A stretch of DNA of 36,763 bases from Pseudomonadota bacterium. GTDB lineage: Bacteria; Pseudomonadota; Gammaproteobacteria; Burkholderiales; Burkholderiaceae. Below are positions 11,070 through 21,033 of the stretch, one piece after another. Position 1 is the first letter of the stretch; each line of letters opens with the position of its first letter. Below the pieces are notes generated by a model, which had not been told where the DNA came from, searched no databases, and saw only the letters and a program-made list of their open reading frames with translations. The DNA is taken from positions 1 through 36,763 of the forward strand of contig JBJOKN010000009.1 of NCBI GenBank assembly GCA_046046075.1, in the 5' to 3' direction. The position numbers and the translations under genes were made by a program.

Positions 11070-11378
11070 TATAATGACCTATCTTGCTGCGCAACATCAA
11101 ATTTATTGTTTGCATGGTAGCGCCCCAAGCTGGGTTTGAAATAGCCAAAAAATATTTCCAGGGTTCGCCTCTCCCCTGATGTAACGAGACGCAAAGTTGG
11201 CTGGCATAGTGCCGCGAACTGCGAAACAGATAAAAGAATTTAAGCGCACGCTGACCCGCAAAGAATAATAAGTCAGCGAGTGTAGTGAAGTTTGTCATCA
11301 CAGAGATTGCCTTGCGCAATCCCTTCAATTCCGTTTCGCTCACCGCGATGGCTGCCTGGCTGCAGGACGGAGATTTAA
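11070..11378 (+). promoter_or_regulatory. rne promoter and long (about 300 nt) structured 5' leader
   Basis: TATAAT at 11070-11075; hairpins CGCTGAC/GTCAGCG (11249-11278) and GATTGC/GCAATC (11305-11321); GGAG SD; long autoregulatory rne leaders are known in proteobacteria. Confidence 0.55.
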
Positions 11379-13802
11379 ATGAAACGAATGTTATTTAACG
11401 CTACCCAGCAAGAAGAGCTGCGCGTAGCCATTGTTGATGGTCAAAAACTGATCGACATTGATATTGAGACAACTGGACGTGAACAACGTAAAGGCAATAT
11501 CTACAAAGGCGTGATCACACGCATTGAACCCTCATTAGAAGCTTGCTTCGTGAACTATGGTGAAGAGCGTCACGGCTTTTTGCCTTTCAAAGAGGTTTCA
11601 AGAGCTTATTTCAAGGACGGTATTGACGTTCGCTCTGCAGGTATCAAAGATGCCTTGCGCGAGGGACAAGAAATCATCGTTCAGGTGGAAAAAGAAGAAC
11701 GCGGCAATAAAGGCGCAGCTTTAACAAGCTTTATCTCTTTAGCCGGTCGTTATTTGGTTTTAATGCCAAATAATCCAAGAGGTGGCGGTGTTTCTCGCCG
11801 CATTGAAGGTGATGATCGCACTGAATTGCGCGAAGCAATGAGCCAATTAACGGTTCCTGATGGCATGAGCATCATTGCTAGAACTGCCGGAATTGGCAGA
11901 AGTGCTGAAGAATTGCAGTGGGACTTGAGTTACTTGATGCAGCTTTGGACAGCGATTGATGAAGCTGCCAGCGGCAACCAAGCGCCACTATTGATTTACT
12001 TAGAGTCAAGCTTGGTGATCCGAGCCATCAGAGACTACTTCCAGCCTGATATCGGTGAAATCCTGATCGATACAGATGAAATTTACGAGCAAGCCAGTTC
12101 ATTCATGTCCGTGGTGATGCCTGACAACATGTCACGCGTAAAACGCTATCAAGACGATGTGCCTTTGTTCTCACGTTTTCAAATTGAACACCAAATTGAA
12201 ACCGCCTACTCTCGTACAGTGACCTTGCCTTCTGGTGGTGCGATCGTGATCGACCATACTGAAGCTTTGGTGTCTGTCGACGTCAACTCTGCTCGCTCAA
12301 CTCGCGGTTCAGACATTGAAGAGACAGCAGCTAGAACAAACTTAGAAGCCGCCGATGAATTGGCTCGCCAAATGCGTTTGCGTGACTTGGGTGGTTTGAT
12401 CGTGATCGACTTCATCGATATGGAGTCGTCCAAGAATCAAAAAGATGTTGAGCAACGCCTTAAAGACGCTTTGCGCCATGATCGCGCACGCGTACAAATG
12501 GGCAAGATCTCACGCTTTGGTCTTTTAGAGCTATCGCGTCAACGTTTGCGCCCTGCTCTATCAGAGAGCAGTAACGTTACTTGCCCACGTTGTAATGGCA
12601 CAGGCCACATCCGTGACACAGAGTCTTCAGCGCTTCAAGTTCTTCGCATCATTCAAGAAGAAGCAATGAAAGAAAACACTGCTGCGATTCATTGCCAGGT
12701 ACCTGTCGATGTAGCAGCATTCTTGCTCAACGAGAAACGTGCTGAAGTGATCAAGATTGAAAGTCGTTTCAAAGTGAACGTCTTGTTACTACCAAACAAA
12801 CACTTAGAAACCCCACACTACAAACTTGAGCGTTTACGCCATGACGATCCTCGCTTAGATGATCCAAAAGCAAGCTATGCGATGGCTGATGAAGCCAGCA
12901 AAGAGCTTGAGTCTGACACCATCTTGAATCGCAAAGCTGAAGAAGCCAAGCCACGTCAAGAAGCAGCGGTCAAAGGCGTGAGACCAAGTCAACCAGCTCC
13001 AGCAAGTGTTCCACGTGCAGAGCGCAAAGTGGCTGGCGAAAAACAATCCTCTGGTGGTTTGATTGGCTTTATCAAAAAGCTATTTGGCGCCAAAGAAGAA
13101 GTTAAAGCTAATGATAAGCGTCCAAATAATGGTCGTGGTCGTGGTGAAGCGGGTGATCGCAATGGCGATCGCAATAACCGTAATCGTAATAACCGTAATC
13201 GTAATAACCGCAATAAGAATGAAGCGGGCGAACGCAATCAAACGCCACGTGATGGTGAAGATAAAGCTGACAACAAAGAAGCACGTCAACCAAATCAACG
13301 CAATGGCCGCAATCAACAGCGTCAAAATAAATCTGAAGCCAATCAAGATGCGAAATCAGATCAAGCAAAAGATTTGTTGACCCATGCTGAGGTCCCACAA
13401 AATGCTGAAACTGGAGAAGGTGATGAGCGCCGTCGTGGTCGTAATCGTCGTGGTCGCAATCGTGGCCGCGATCGTGCAGACCGCCCAGAAAACGCACAAG
13501 ATGCTAACGTTGACGGTTCAGATGTTTCAGCTACAGCAGCAACAGTTGCAGTGGCTGCGGTAGCCGCAGCAGTGACTTCATCTGAAGTTAATGCTTCAAT
13601 GAATACTGAGACTTCAAGCCCTGCTTCAGTTACCACAGCAGATCCAGTAGCTGTTGCTGAAGTATCACCAGCACCTGTAGTTGCTACACCAATAGCCTCT
13701 GCTGTTTCTATTGAAACTCCTGTAGCCACTCCAGCTCCAACCCCTGCTCCATTGCCAAAAGTTGAGTTTCAGCCATTAAAAACGTCTGAACGTCTGAACT
13801 GA
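11379..13802 (+). CDS. rne: Ribonuclease E; catalytic domain intact, C-terminal tail cut by a frameshift
   Basis: [18 protein letters not shown]1 domain, DVNS, DFIDM, CPRC Zn-link, amphipathic [11 protein letters not shown], Arg-rich tracts; TGA directly follows an 8-bp tandem duplication. Confidence 0.96.
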   Translation: MKRMLFNATQQEELRVAIVDGQKLIDIDIETTGREQRKGNIYKGVITRIEPSLEACFVNYGEERHGFLPFKEVSRAYFKDGIDVRSAGIKDALREGQEIIVQVEKEERGNKGAALTSFISLAGRYLVLMPNNPRGGGVSRRIEGDDRTELREAMSQLTVPDGMSIIARTAGIGRSAEELQWDLSYLMQLWTAIDEAASGNQAPLLIYLESSLVIRAIRDYFQPDIGEILIDTDEIYEQASSFMSVVMPDNMSRVKRYQDDVPLFSRFQIEHQIETAYSRTVTLPSGGAIVIDHTEALVSVDVNSARSTRGSDIEETAARTNLEAADELARQMRLRDLGGLIVIDFIDMESSKNQKDVEQRLKDALRHDRARVQMGKISRFGLLELSRQRLRPALSESSNVTCPRCNGTGHIRDTESSALQVLRIIQEEAMKENTAAIHCQVPVDVAAFLLNEKRAEVIKIESRFKVNVLLLPNKHLETPHYKLERLRHDDPRLDDPKASYAMADEASKELESDTILNRKAEEAKPRQEAAVKGVRPSQPAPASVPRAERKVAGEKQSSGGLIGFIKKLFGAKEEVKANDKRPNNGRGRGEAGDRNGDRNNRNRNNRNRNNRNKNEAGERNQTPRDGEDKADNKEARQPNQRNGRNQQRQNKSEANQDAKSDQAKDLLTHAEVPQNAETGEGDERRRGRNRRGRNRGRDRADRPENAQDANVDGSDVSATAATVAVAAVAAAVTSSEVNASMNTETSSPASVTTADPVAVAEVSPAPVVATPIASAVSIETPVATPAPTPAPLPKVEFQPLKTSERLN
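13170..13214 (+). repeat. 15-bp coding tandem repeat (RNNRN x3) in the RNase E Arg-rich region
   Basis: cgcaataaccgtaat cgtaataaccgtaat cgtaataaccgcaat. Confidence 0.8.
13781..13799 (+). repeat. 8-bp tandem duplication causing the rne frameshift
   Basis: aacgtctg aacgtctg aac; removing one unit puts 11379 and 13808 in the same frame. Confidence 0.9.
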
Positions 13803-13996
13803 CTTCAGTGATTGAGTCTGCTGGAATGGTCTGGGTAAATACCGATCATCAGAAATTAGAAGAAGTTCGTGTGCAAATTGCTGCTGAACCAGTGATTTCA
13901 TACCCGCCACGTGAGCCAAAGCCACCTGTTGAAGTTTCAACAGGCCCTATGGTTCTGGTAGAAACCGGCGGAAAAGAACAAACCATCGAAAAGTGA
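13803..13996 (+). pseudogene. rne: Out-of-frame C-terminal fragment of RNase E
   Basis: [15 protein letters not shown]...PREPKPP...GPMVLVET resembles the betaproteobacterial RNase E C-terminus; no SD before GTG 13808. Confidence 0.8.
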
Positions 13997-14018
13997 ACTT
14001 AGTTCTACAATGAGGGTT

Positions 14019-15134
14019 ATGTCAGAAAGAGTCATACCCCTCATTGATGAGCGCCAGAGAAAAATCGACAGTCATGTTCCGGTCATTCCGGAACAACTGT
14101 TGAAGCCTAATGGCCTGCTCGCCGATACCCGTGGGCGACGTCTTCATGATTTAAGAATTTCAGTCACCGATCGTTGTAACTTTCGGTGCACTTATTGCAT
14201 GCCCAAAGAAGTCTTCGATAAAGATTACCCCTATTTATCTCATGGGGATCTTTTAAGTTTTGAAGAGATCGTTCGTTTGGCAAAAATCTATATCGAGCAC
14301 GGTGTAGAAAAAATCCGTTTAACTGGTGGCGAACCCCTGCTTCGCAAACACATTGAAAAATTGATTGAAATGTTAGCCTCTCTAAAAACACTGAGTGGCC
14401 AACCATTAGATCTAACTCTGACCACCAATGGCAGTTTGCTGCGCAAAAAAGCACAGTCTTTAAAAGATGCTGGCTTGACCAGAATGACCATCAGTCTGGA
14501 TGGTTTGGATGATGCAACTTTCCAGAAAATGAATGATGTCGGCTTTCCGGTGGCTGATGTTTTAGATGGTATCGAGGCAGCTCGTGAAGTTGGCTTTAAA
14601 AATATCAAAGTCAATATGGTTGTTAAAAAGGGTACAAATGATCATGAGATCATTCCAATGGCCAAATACTTCAAAGGCAGCGATGTGATTTTGCGTTTCA
14701 TTGAATTCATGGACGTGGGTGCATCCAATGGTTGGAATATGACAGAGGTTCTACCTTCTGCTGACGTGATTGCGAAGATTCATGAAGCCTTCCCATTAAC
14801 CAATATCGACCCGAACTACCCTGGTGAAGTTGCTGAGCGCTGGCGCTATCTTGATGGGTCTGGTGAAGTAGGCGTGATTTCAAGTGTGACACAAGCTTTT
14901 TGTAAAGATTGTTCAAGAGCTCGCTTGTCAACTGAAGGAAAAATGTATTTGTGTTTATTTGCCACAGAAGGCCATGACTTAAAAGCTCTGCTGCGTGCTG
15001 GCAAATCAGATTTAGAGATCAGCAATGCCATTGCGCAAGTCTGGTCTCATCGCACCGATCGATATTCTGAATTGCGCGGCTCCCCAGAAATGGAAGGTAA
15101 GCGCAAAGTTGAAATGTCATACATCGGTGGCTAA
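14019..15134 (+). CDS. moaA: GTP 3',8-cyclase MoaA
   Basis: CNFRCTYC radical-SAM motif, second cluster CKDC...C, C-terminal MSYIGG. Confidence 0.97.
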   Translation: MSERVIPLIDERQRKIDSHVPVIPEQLLKPNGLLADTRGRRLHDLRISVTDRCNFRCTYCMPKEVFDKDYPYLSHGDLLSFEEIVRLAKIYIEHGVEKIRLTGGEPLLRKHIEKLIEMLASLKTLSGQPLDLTLTTNGSLLRKKAQSLKDAGLTRMTISLDGLDDATFQKMNDVGFPVADVLDGIEAAREVGFKNIKVNMVVKKGTNDHEIIPMAKYFKGSDVILRFIEFMDVGASNGWNMTEVLPSADVIAKIHEAFPLTNIDPNYPGEVAERWRYLDGSGEVGVISSVTQAFCKDCSRARLSTEGKMYLCLFATEGHDLKALLRAGKSDLEISNAIAQVWSHRTDRYSELRGSPEMEGKRKVEMSYIGG

Positions 15135-15167
15135 GCATTTTCATCAGCTATAACAAGACATATTTAG

Positions 15168-16463
15168 ATGAGCTCATTACCTACTCTCAATTCAGTTGTT
15201 ACTTGCATGTCCGACTATGATCCAGAGTCATTACGGGTTGAAGTTGCCACAAAAATTGTTGATGAGTTTGTCAGGCCAGCATCACTGGCACTTGAAACTG
15301 AAACAGTTTCTATCTATGACTCATTGGGACGAGTTCTAGCCAATGACATCATCTCCCCCATCAATGTCCCATCTGCTGATAACTCAGCCATGGATGGCTA
15401 TGCTTTTAGCGGAGCATCGATTGTTAAAGATGGCGTGACCTCCTTAACAATGATTGGCAAAGGTTTTGCCGGCAATGCTTTTGAGGGTATGGTGAGTCAT
15501 GGTCAATGTGTTCGCATCATGACAGGTGCAGTGATGCCTGCCGGTTGCGATACCACCATTCCTCAAGAATTAGTCAAAGTGGATGGCGATCAAATCCAGT
15601 TTCAATCATCAGTGATCAAGGCTGGCGATAACCGTCGCTTAAAAGGCGAGGATCTTTCGATTGGCCAAGCAGCCTTATCTGCCGGCAAGATTATCAGACC
15701 ATCTGATTTAGGTTTGATTGCCTCACTTGGAATTGGTTCCGTAACTGTCAAACGTCGTCTCAAAGTTGGATTTTTCTCAACCGGTGATGAGCTTCGCTCG
15801 ATTGGTCAGCCATTAGATGAAGGCTGTGTGTATGACAGCAATCGCTACACCCTTTTTGGAATGCTGAGTCGCTTGAATGTTGAACTTCATGATTTTGGTG
15901 TTGTGAAAGATGATCCAGATGCGATGCGTGCAACCTTTAGCAAGGCTGCAGCGACTTGTGATGCCGTGATTACTTCCGGTGGCGTCTCAGTTGGAGAAGC
16001 AGACTACACCAAGCAAATCATGCGCGAACTGGGTGATGTGAGTTTTTGGAAAATTGCGATGCGCCCTGGCAGACCAATGGCTTTTGGCTCAATCCAAGGC
16101 GATCAACATCGTGCCGTTTTATTTGGTTTACCTGGTAACCCTGTGGCTGTGATGGTGACTTTTTATCAATTTGTCAGAAATGCCCTCTTGGCCATGAGTG
16201 GTGCTACTCAAGTTGCTCCACCAATGATGCAAGCCAAGACTGTGGAAGCAATCCGTAAACGCCCAGGTCGCACTGAGTTTCAAAGGGGTATTTTGTCCAC
16301 TGATGCCACAGGTAACAGAACAGTTCGCATCACAGGTGCACAAGGATCAGGGGTTTTGCGCTCCATGAGTGAGGCAGATTGCTTCATTGTTTTGGCCCAC
16401 GATCAAGAAAACATCCAGGCCGGAGATACCGTTGGAGTGGTTTTATTCGAGGGCTTGGTTTAA
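15168..16463 (+). CDS. moeA: Molybdopterin molybdotransferase MoeA (Glp)
   Basis: SAMDGYA, IMTGA, STGDEL, SGGVSVG, RPGRP, LPGNP. Confidence 0.96.
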   Translation: MSSLPTLNSVVTCMSDYDPESLRVEVATKIVDEFVRPASLALETETVSIYDSLGRVLANDIISPINVPSADNSAMDGYAFSGASIVKDGVTSLTMIGKGFAGNAFEGMVSHGQCVRIMTGAVMPAGCDTTIPQELVKVDGDQIQFQSSVIKAGDNRRLKGEDLSIGQAALSAGKIIRPSDLGLIASLGIGSVTVKRRLKVGFFSTGDELRSIGQPLDEGCVYDSNRYTLFGMLSRLNVELHDFGVVKDDPDAMRATFSKAAATCDAVITSGGVSVGEADYTKQIMRELGDVSFWKIAMRPGRPMAFGSIQGDQHRAVLFGLPGNPVAVMVTFYQFVRNALLAMSGATQVAPPMMQAKTVEAIRKRPGRTEFQRGILSTDATGNRTVRITGAQGSGVLRSMSEADCFIVLAHDQENIQAGDTVGVVLFEGLV

Positions 16464-16610
16464 AGAAGCCTCATAGCAAAGACTTTGAAGCGAAGGGCTT
16501 TAAAGCACAAAGGGTTATGAAGCAGCCTTATTGCAACGCAACATTAATATAAGATTTGGTATAGAATTGCGGCAATTCAAGCAATATTAACTTTTTCATC
16601 GAAACATAAA

Positions 16611-16928
16611 ATGCCAAGCACCAAATACACCAAGAAAGAAATTGTGTATGTCGACCCTCTTCATACAGCTAAGACATTGGTATTGGTTTATTTAAGTTTT
16701 TCAGTGCCAATCGTTTTATTGGCTCTCTTCGTTGCTTTTGTAAGAGATGGTGAACTACCTGGTTTCACAGTGATCTCAGCATTGATCCTGAATGCTTTGG
16801 TTGGCTTTGGTTTGCTATGGTTGGCATGCAAAGTTTATAACTGGGTAGCCGATAGGTTTGGCGGCATCGAGGTGGCTGTTAAAGAAACCACCGTCAATGA
16901 CACCAAAACACCTACTGCTCAAGATTAA
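16611..16928 (+). CDS. Small two-TM membrane protein (DUF3566-like)
   Basis: Two hydrophobic segments and a YNWVADRFGGIEV tail; TAGAAT at 16562-16567. Confidence 0.65.
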   Translation: MPSTKYTKKEIVYVDPLHTAKTLVLVYLSFSVPIVLLALFVAFVRDGELPGFTVISALILNALVGFGLLWLACKVYNWVADRFGGIEVAVKETTVNDTKTPTAQD

Positions 16929-16983
16929 TTCTAGGCTTTTTAATTCCTAGGTTTTAATTCGAATCTTTCGAGTCGAATCTTTC
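16926..16983. repeat. Short degenerate direct repeats between convergent genes
   Basis: taattctaggctttt / taattcctaggtttt, then tcgaatctttc twice (16959-16969, 16973-16983). Confidence 0.65.
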
Positions 16984-16988
16984 TAGCT

Positions 16989-17969
16989 TCAAGCTTTCAA
17001 TAAATTTGGCGGTGTTTGACCATTCAAACCTGCCAAACAATTTTTAATCGCCAACTGAATCATCGCTCTTCTAGTTTTCTCTGTAGCGCTTGCCATATGC
17101 GGAGCTAAGACCACATTCTTCAGCGCCAATAATTCCGGAATCACTTTGGGCTCACCTTCGAATACATCCAAGCCTGCGCCAAAAATTCTGTTTTCCTTAA
17201 GAGCCTTAGCCAAAGCCAACTCATCAACAATGCCACCACGCGCAATATTCACAAGGGTTGCGGTCGGTTTCATTAAATTCAATTCTTTTTCACCAAAGAG
17301 ATGATGGTTCTCTGGGGTGTACGGCATGACCAAAATAATGTGATCAGATTCTTTGAGCAAAGTTTCACGATCTACATAAGTAGCACCACATTCTTTTTCT
17401 AAATCTTCAGGTAAGCGTGAGCGATTAAAGTACTTCACATTCATATTGAAACCACGCGCACGTTTGGCAATGGCCTGACCAATACGACCCATACCCATGA
17501 TGCCCAAAGTGGAGTGATGAATATCCATTGAAAGTGGTGCATCGCAAATGGAGAACTTAGCCCAATGACCGGCTCTTAACCAATGCTCACTCTCAGTCAC
17601 ACGACGAGCTGTTGCCATCATTAAAGTAAAACCAAAATCAGCAGTGGTATCCGTCAACACATCAGGTGTGTTGGTAGCCATCACATTAGCCGCTTTAAAA
17701 GCTGGCATATCTAGGTTGTTATAACCAACGGCAATGTTTGAAACAATTTTTAAATTTGGGGAAGCTTTCAGAATATCGGCATCAACGCGCTCACCGCCCG
17801 ATACGATGGCAGCATCTTTATCAGCCAAAGCCGCTTTCAAATCGGCCGCATTCCAAAGGTGGTCATCCTGGTTTGATTGAACAATCGCAACCTTCTCCAA
17901 CTCAGCTAATAAATCTGGAAAAATCGCGCGCGCTACCAAAATCTTCGGTTTTTGTGCATTTTGTGACAT
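16989..17969 (-). CDS. D-2-hydroxyacid dehydrogenase (D-glycerate dehydrogenase / GhrB-like)
   Basis: NTPDVL, GMGRIG, NIARGG, LDVFEGEP, APH. Confidence 0.92.
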   Translation of the reverse strand: MSQNAQKPKILVARAIFPDLLAELEKVAIVQSNQDDHLWNAADLKAALADKDAAIVSGGERVDADILKASPNLKIVSNIAVGYNNLDMPAFKAANVMATNTPDVLTDTTADFGFTLMMATARRVTESEHWLRAGHWAKFSICDAPLSMDIHHSTLGIMGMGRIGQAIAKRARGFNMNVKYFNRSRLPEDLEKECGATYVDRETLLKESDHIILVMPYTPENHHLFGEKELNLMKPTATLVNIARGGIVDELALAKALKENRIFGAGLDVFEGEPKVIPELLALKNVVLAPHMASATEKTRRAMIQLAIKNCLAGLNGQTPPNLLKA

Positions 17970-18132
17970 ATTTGTCTCCTATTTTTATACGTTTTCTTGG
18001 TTTTCTTTATTGTATGTCATTGATTTAAATCACTTAGAAATGCCGATGACACGCCAAAGAATAAGGCTATCTGCAATATTTTGCCCCGTCTAAGATAAAA
18101 TAACGGTTTTCGTCTTACTTGAGATTGATGCC

Positions 18133-18456
18133 ATGACTTATGTTGTAACTGAAGCCTGTATTCGTTGTAAGTACACCGATTGCGTAGACGTTTGCCCAGT
18201 TGATTGTTTCCGTGAAGGCCCTAACTTCTTGGTGATTGATCCGGACGAGTGCATTGATTGCGCAGTCTGCGTTCCAGAATGTCCAGTGAATGCAATTTAT
18301 GCTGAAGATGATGTACCCGGTGATCAACAAGCCTACATCAAACTCAATCTTGAACTAGCAGCCAAGTGGCCATCAATCACTAAGTCAAAAGAAGGCTTGC
18401 CTGATGCAGATGACTGGAAAGATAAGAAAAATAAACTAAGCGAGTTAGTTCGCTAA
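18133..18456 (+). CDS. fdxA: 7Fe ([3Fe-4S][4Fe-4S]) ferredoxin
   Basis: [26 protein letters not shown]...[12 protein letters not shown], Azotobacter FdI type. Confidence 0.94.
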   Translation: MTYVVTEACIRCKYTDCVDVCPVDCFREGPNFLVIDPDECIDCAVCVPECPVNAIYAEDDVPGDQQAYIKLNLELAAKWPSITKSKEGLPDADDWKDKKNKLSELVR

Positions 18457-19440
18457 AGTATCTTTCAAGTATTTCAGTTAGGTCTTTTAGGCATCAAAGC
18501 ACATTTGATTGATGCCCTTCCTCAAGCAGGTGGTCAATGCGTTGAACTCTATGCTGACAAACCAATCTACGACATTCCTGGAATTCCTTTTTGCACTGGT
18601 CAAGAGTTAATTGATCGTTTGCAAGAACAAATCAAAGTTTTAAAAACACCTTCTCACTTTAACCAAGAAGTTACCTTGGTTAACAAACGCAATGATGGTC
18701 GCTTTGATGTGCAAACATCACAAGAGAGCTTCATCAGCAAAGTCATCATCGTTTCTGCTGGTGTGGGTGCATTCAAACCCCGTAAATTGTCATTACCTGG
18801 AATTGATTCTTACGAAGACAAACAAGTCTTTTATAGATTGGGTCAAGCCAAACAATATGCCAATCAAGATGTGGTCATCAACGGCGGAGAAACTGCCGCT
18901 CTTGAGGCCGCTGTTGCTTTAGTTGGCATTGCCAAAAGTATCACCTTGGTTCACAGACGTGATGTTTTTAAAGCTGAAGAATCGTTGATTCAACGCTTTC
19001 AAAGCTTGTGCGCCGAAGGCTCGATCAGAGTTCAAGTCGGACAAGTCACCAACTTCACAGTAACTGATGAAAAGTTAAGTAGCTTAGAGGTCGCAGACTT
19101 TAATGGTCAAACACATCATCTACGCTTAGATGCCTTACTTCCTTTGCTTGGTATTTCACCAAAGCTTGGACCCATTGCTGATTGGGGCATCGATTTAGAA
19201 AATAAACAAGTGCTGGTAGACACAGAAAAGTTTCAAAGCAGTACTGCTGGTATTTTCGCAGTGGGCGACATCAACACCTACCCTGGCAAAAAGAAATTAA
19301 TCGTGTGCGGTTTTCATGAGGCAACCTTGGCAGCTTATGGATGCGCTGCTCACATTCACCCTGGGCAAGTCATACACCTGCAATACACAACCACCTCGCC
19401 CAAACTTCATGAAATTCTTGGCGTCACGCCACAAGCTTAG
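18457..19440 (+). pseudogene. Thioredoxin-reductase-type ferredoxin-NADP(+) reductase lacking its start codon and N-terminal FAD-binding GxGxxG
   Basis: Frame open from the fdxA stop: SIFQVFQLGLLGIKAHLIDALPQAGGQCVELYADKPIYDIPG...AVGDINTYPGKKKLI; the expected M...IIGAGPxGL segment is absent. Confidence 0.8.
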
Positions 19441-21005
19441 TCCTTAGACATCGCTCTTGAGAGGATGATCACTGGCAGAAGACCTGCCAACACAATCGTC
19501 AATGCTGGCCAAGCTGCTTCAGCCAAACGTTCATCCGATGCCAACTGATAAGTCACAACTGCCAAGGTGTCAAAGTTGAAGGGTCGCAAAACCAAAGTGG
19601 CTGGCAACTCTTTCATGACATCAACAAACACAAGTAAGCCAGCCGTTAACAAGCTACGGCGCAACAAGGGCAAGTGAATTTTTCTCAATAATTCCCAGCG
19701 ACCGGATCCCAAACTCATGGCGCTGGCATCCATACTTGGCGTGATTTTGCTCAAGCCAGCTTCAACTGTTTGCAAACTAGAAGATAAAAAGCGCGTCAAA
19801 TACGCATAAACCAAAATCACCACTGAACCAGATATCAACCAAGCAATATCCAACTGTCCTAACAAGACCAAAATACCCACCGCTAAAACAGCTCCTGGTA
19901 CGGCATAACCCAAACTGACCATACGGTTCACTATTTGTTGCAAGCCACCTTTGGCAAGTCTTGCGCTGTAGGCCAACCAAACGGCAATGGCAACGGCACA
20001 AATCGCTGTGATGGTCGATAGAGTGATGGTATTACCCAACCAACTCCAATAACGCTCATTCAAACTCTCGCCACTTGAAATGGCCAGATAGGCCATGATG
20101 ATGACGGGCAAGATAAAACCAAAGAGCAGAGGTAAGAAGCAAGCCAAGCTAGCCCAAAAAGCTTTTCTTCCTTGAAGTCGCCAAGGTTTGATTTGTCTGA
20201 AGCGCTGACCTGATGTGGCAAAACGCATTTTGCGACGACTGGCATGTTCTAAAAGTAGCAGTAAGAAAATGATGCCCAATAATGCAGCAGACAACTGCAC
20301 CGCTGCCATACGATCACCCATGCTCAACCAAGCCCTGTAGATACCAGTGGTCATGGTTTGCACGCCAAAATAAGACATGGCACCGTAATCAGCGACCGCC
20401 TCCATCAATGCCAAAGCCACACCTGCCATGGTGGCTGGTCTTGCCATCGGTAAAGCGACTTGCCAAAAAGCTCCCCAAGGACCAGCCCCAAGTGTTCTTG
20501 CCGCCTCAATCAAACGAGGACTGCGCTCTAAAAAAGCCGTGCGGCACAAAAGATAGACATATGGGTACAAAGCCAGGCTCAAAACGCAAATCGCGCCCCA
20601 GAGAGACCTTGGTTCGGGGAACCAAGGCAAGCGATCGACACCCAATAAATCTCGTAAGAGAGTTTGAATTGGTCCTGAGAATTGAAAAAAATCTGTGTAG
20701 GCATAAGCCATCACATAGGTTGGCATGGCCAATGGCAAGATCAAAGCCCATTCAAAAACTCTTTTACCTGGAAACTCACAAGTAGCTACCAACCACGCTG
20801 TGATGATGCCCATGCTGGCAACACCCACTGTGACCCCTAAAGCCAAGATCAAGGTGGTCCATGCATAGCCTGGCAAGACCGTGCTTAATAGGTGGCCAAG
20901 TACGCCGCCACTGCTGGACTGAGGGTTCAGAAGTGCGGCAAAAATCCCTAATATTGGCAAAGCCAATACCAAAGATAAGAGTATGGGTGTTATTCGTGGT
21001 CGCAA
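19437..21005 (-). CDS. Fe3+ ABC transporter permease (FbpB/SfuB-like)
   Basis: Two EAA loops (EAARTLGA, ASAMSLGS), LPLAMPTYV, KELPATL; TTG 21005 is the start that avoids overlap with the ATPase. Confidence 0.9.
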   Translation of the reverse strand: MRPRITPILLSLVLALPILGIFAALLNPQSSSGGVLGHLLSTVLPGYAWTTLILALGVTVGVASMGIITAWLVATCEFPGKRVFEWALILPLAMPTYVMAYAYTDFFQFSGPIQTLLRDLLGVDRLPWFPEPRSLWGAICVLSLALYPYVYLLCRTAFLERSPRLIEAARTLGAGPWGAFWQVALPMARPATMAGVALALMEAVADYGAMSYFGVQTMTTGIYRAWLSMGDRMAAVQLSAALLGIIFLLLLLEHASRRKMRFATSGQRFRQIKPWRLQGRKAFWASLACFLPLLFGFILPVIIMAYLAISSGESLNERYWSWLGNTITLSTITAICAVAIAVWLAYSARLAKGGLQQIVNRMVSLGYAVPGAVLAVGILVLLGQLDIAWLISGSVVILVYAYLTRFLSSSLQTVEAGLSKITPSMDASAMSLGSGRWELLRKIHLPLLRRSLLTAGLLVFVDVMKELPATLVLRPFNFDTLAVVTYQLASDERLAEAAWPALTIVLAGLLPVIILSRAMSKD

Positions 21006-21010
21006 GATGG

Positions 21011-21033
21011 GATAATTATAAGAATGATTATCG
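21011..21033. promoter_or_regulatory. Fur-box-like operator between the divergent iron-transport genes
   Basis: 21014-21032 matches GATAATGATAATCATTATC at 14/19 by manual alignment; GATAAT...ATTATC inverted repeat. Confidence 0.6.

Noticed and set aside
11053-11343. 96-aa ORF upstream of rluC
   Set aside because: Antisense to the rne leader, no SD and no recognisable motif
13170-13214. 15-bp repeats as a CRISPR array or mobile repeat
   Set aside because: No spacers; in-frame RNNRN coding repeat typical of RNase E
13108-13497. Antisense His/Asp/Tyr-rich ORF and other alternative-frame ORFs over the rne tail
   Set aside because: Shadows of the low-complexity Arg/Asn-rich RNase E scaffold
18133-19440. 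Programmed ferredoxin-reductase fusion by readthrough of the single in-frame TAA
   Set aside because: TAA is the least leaky stop and the fusion would still lack the FAD-binding GxGxxG; an in-frame junction has a 1-in-3 chance
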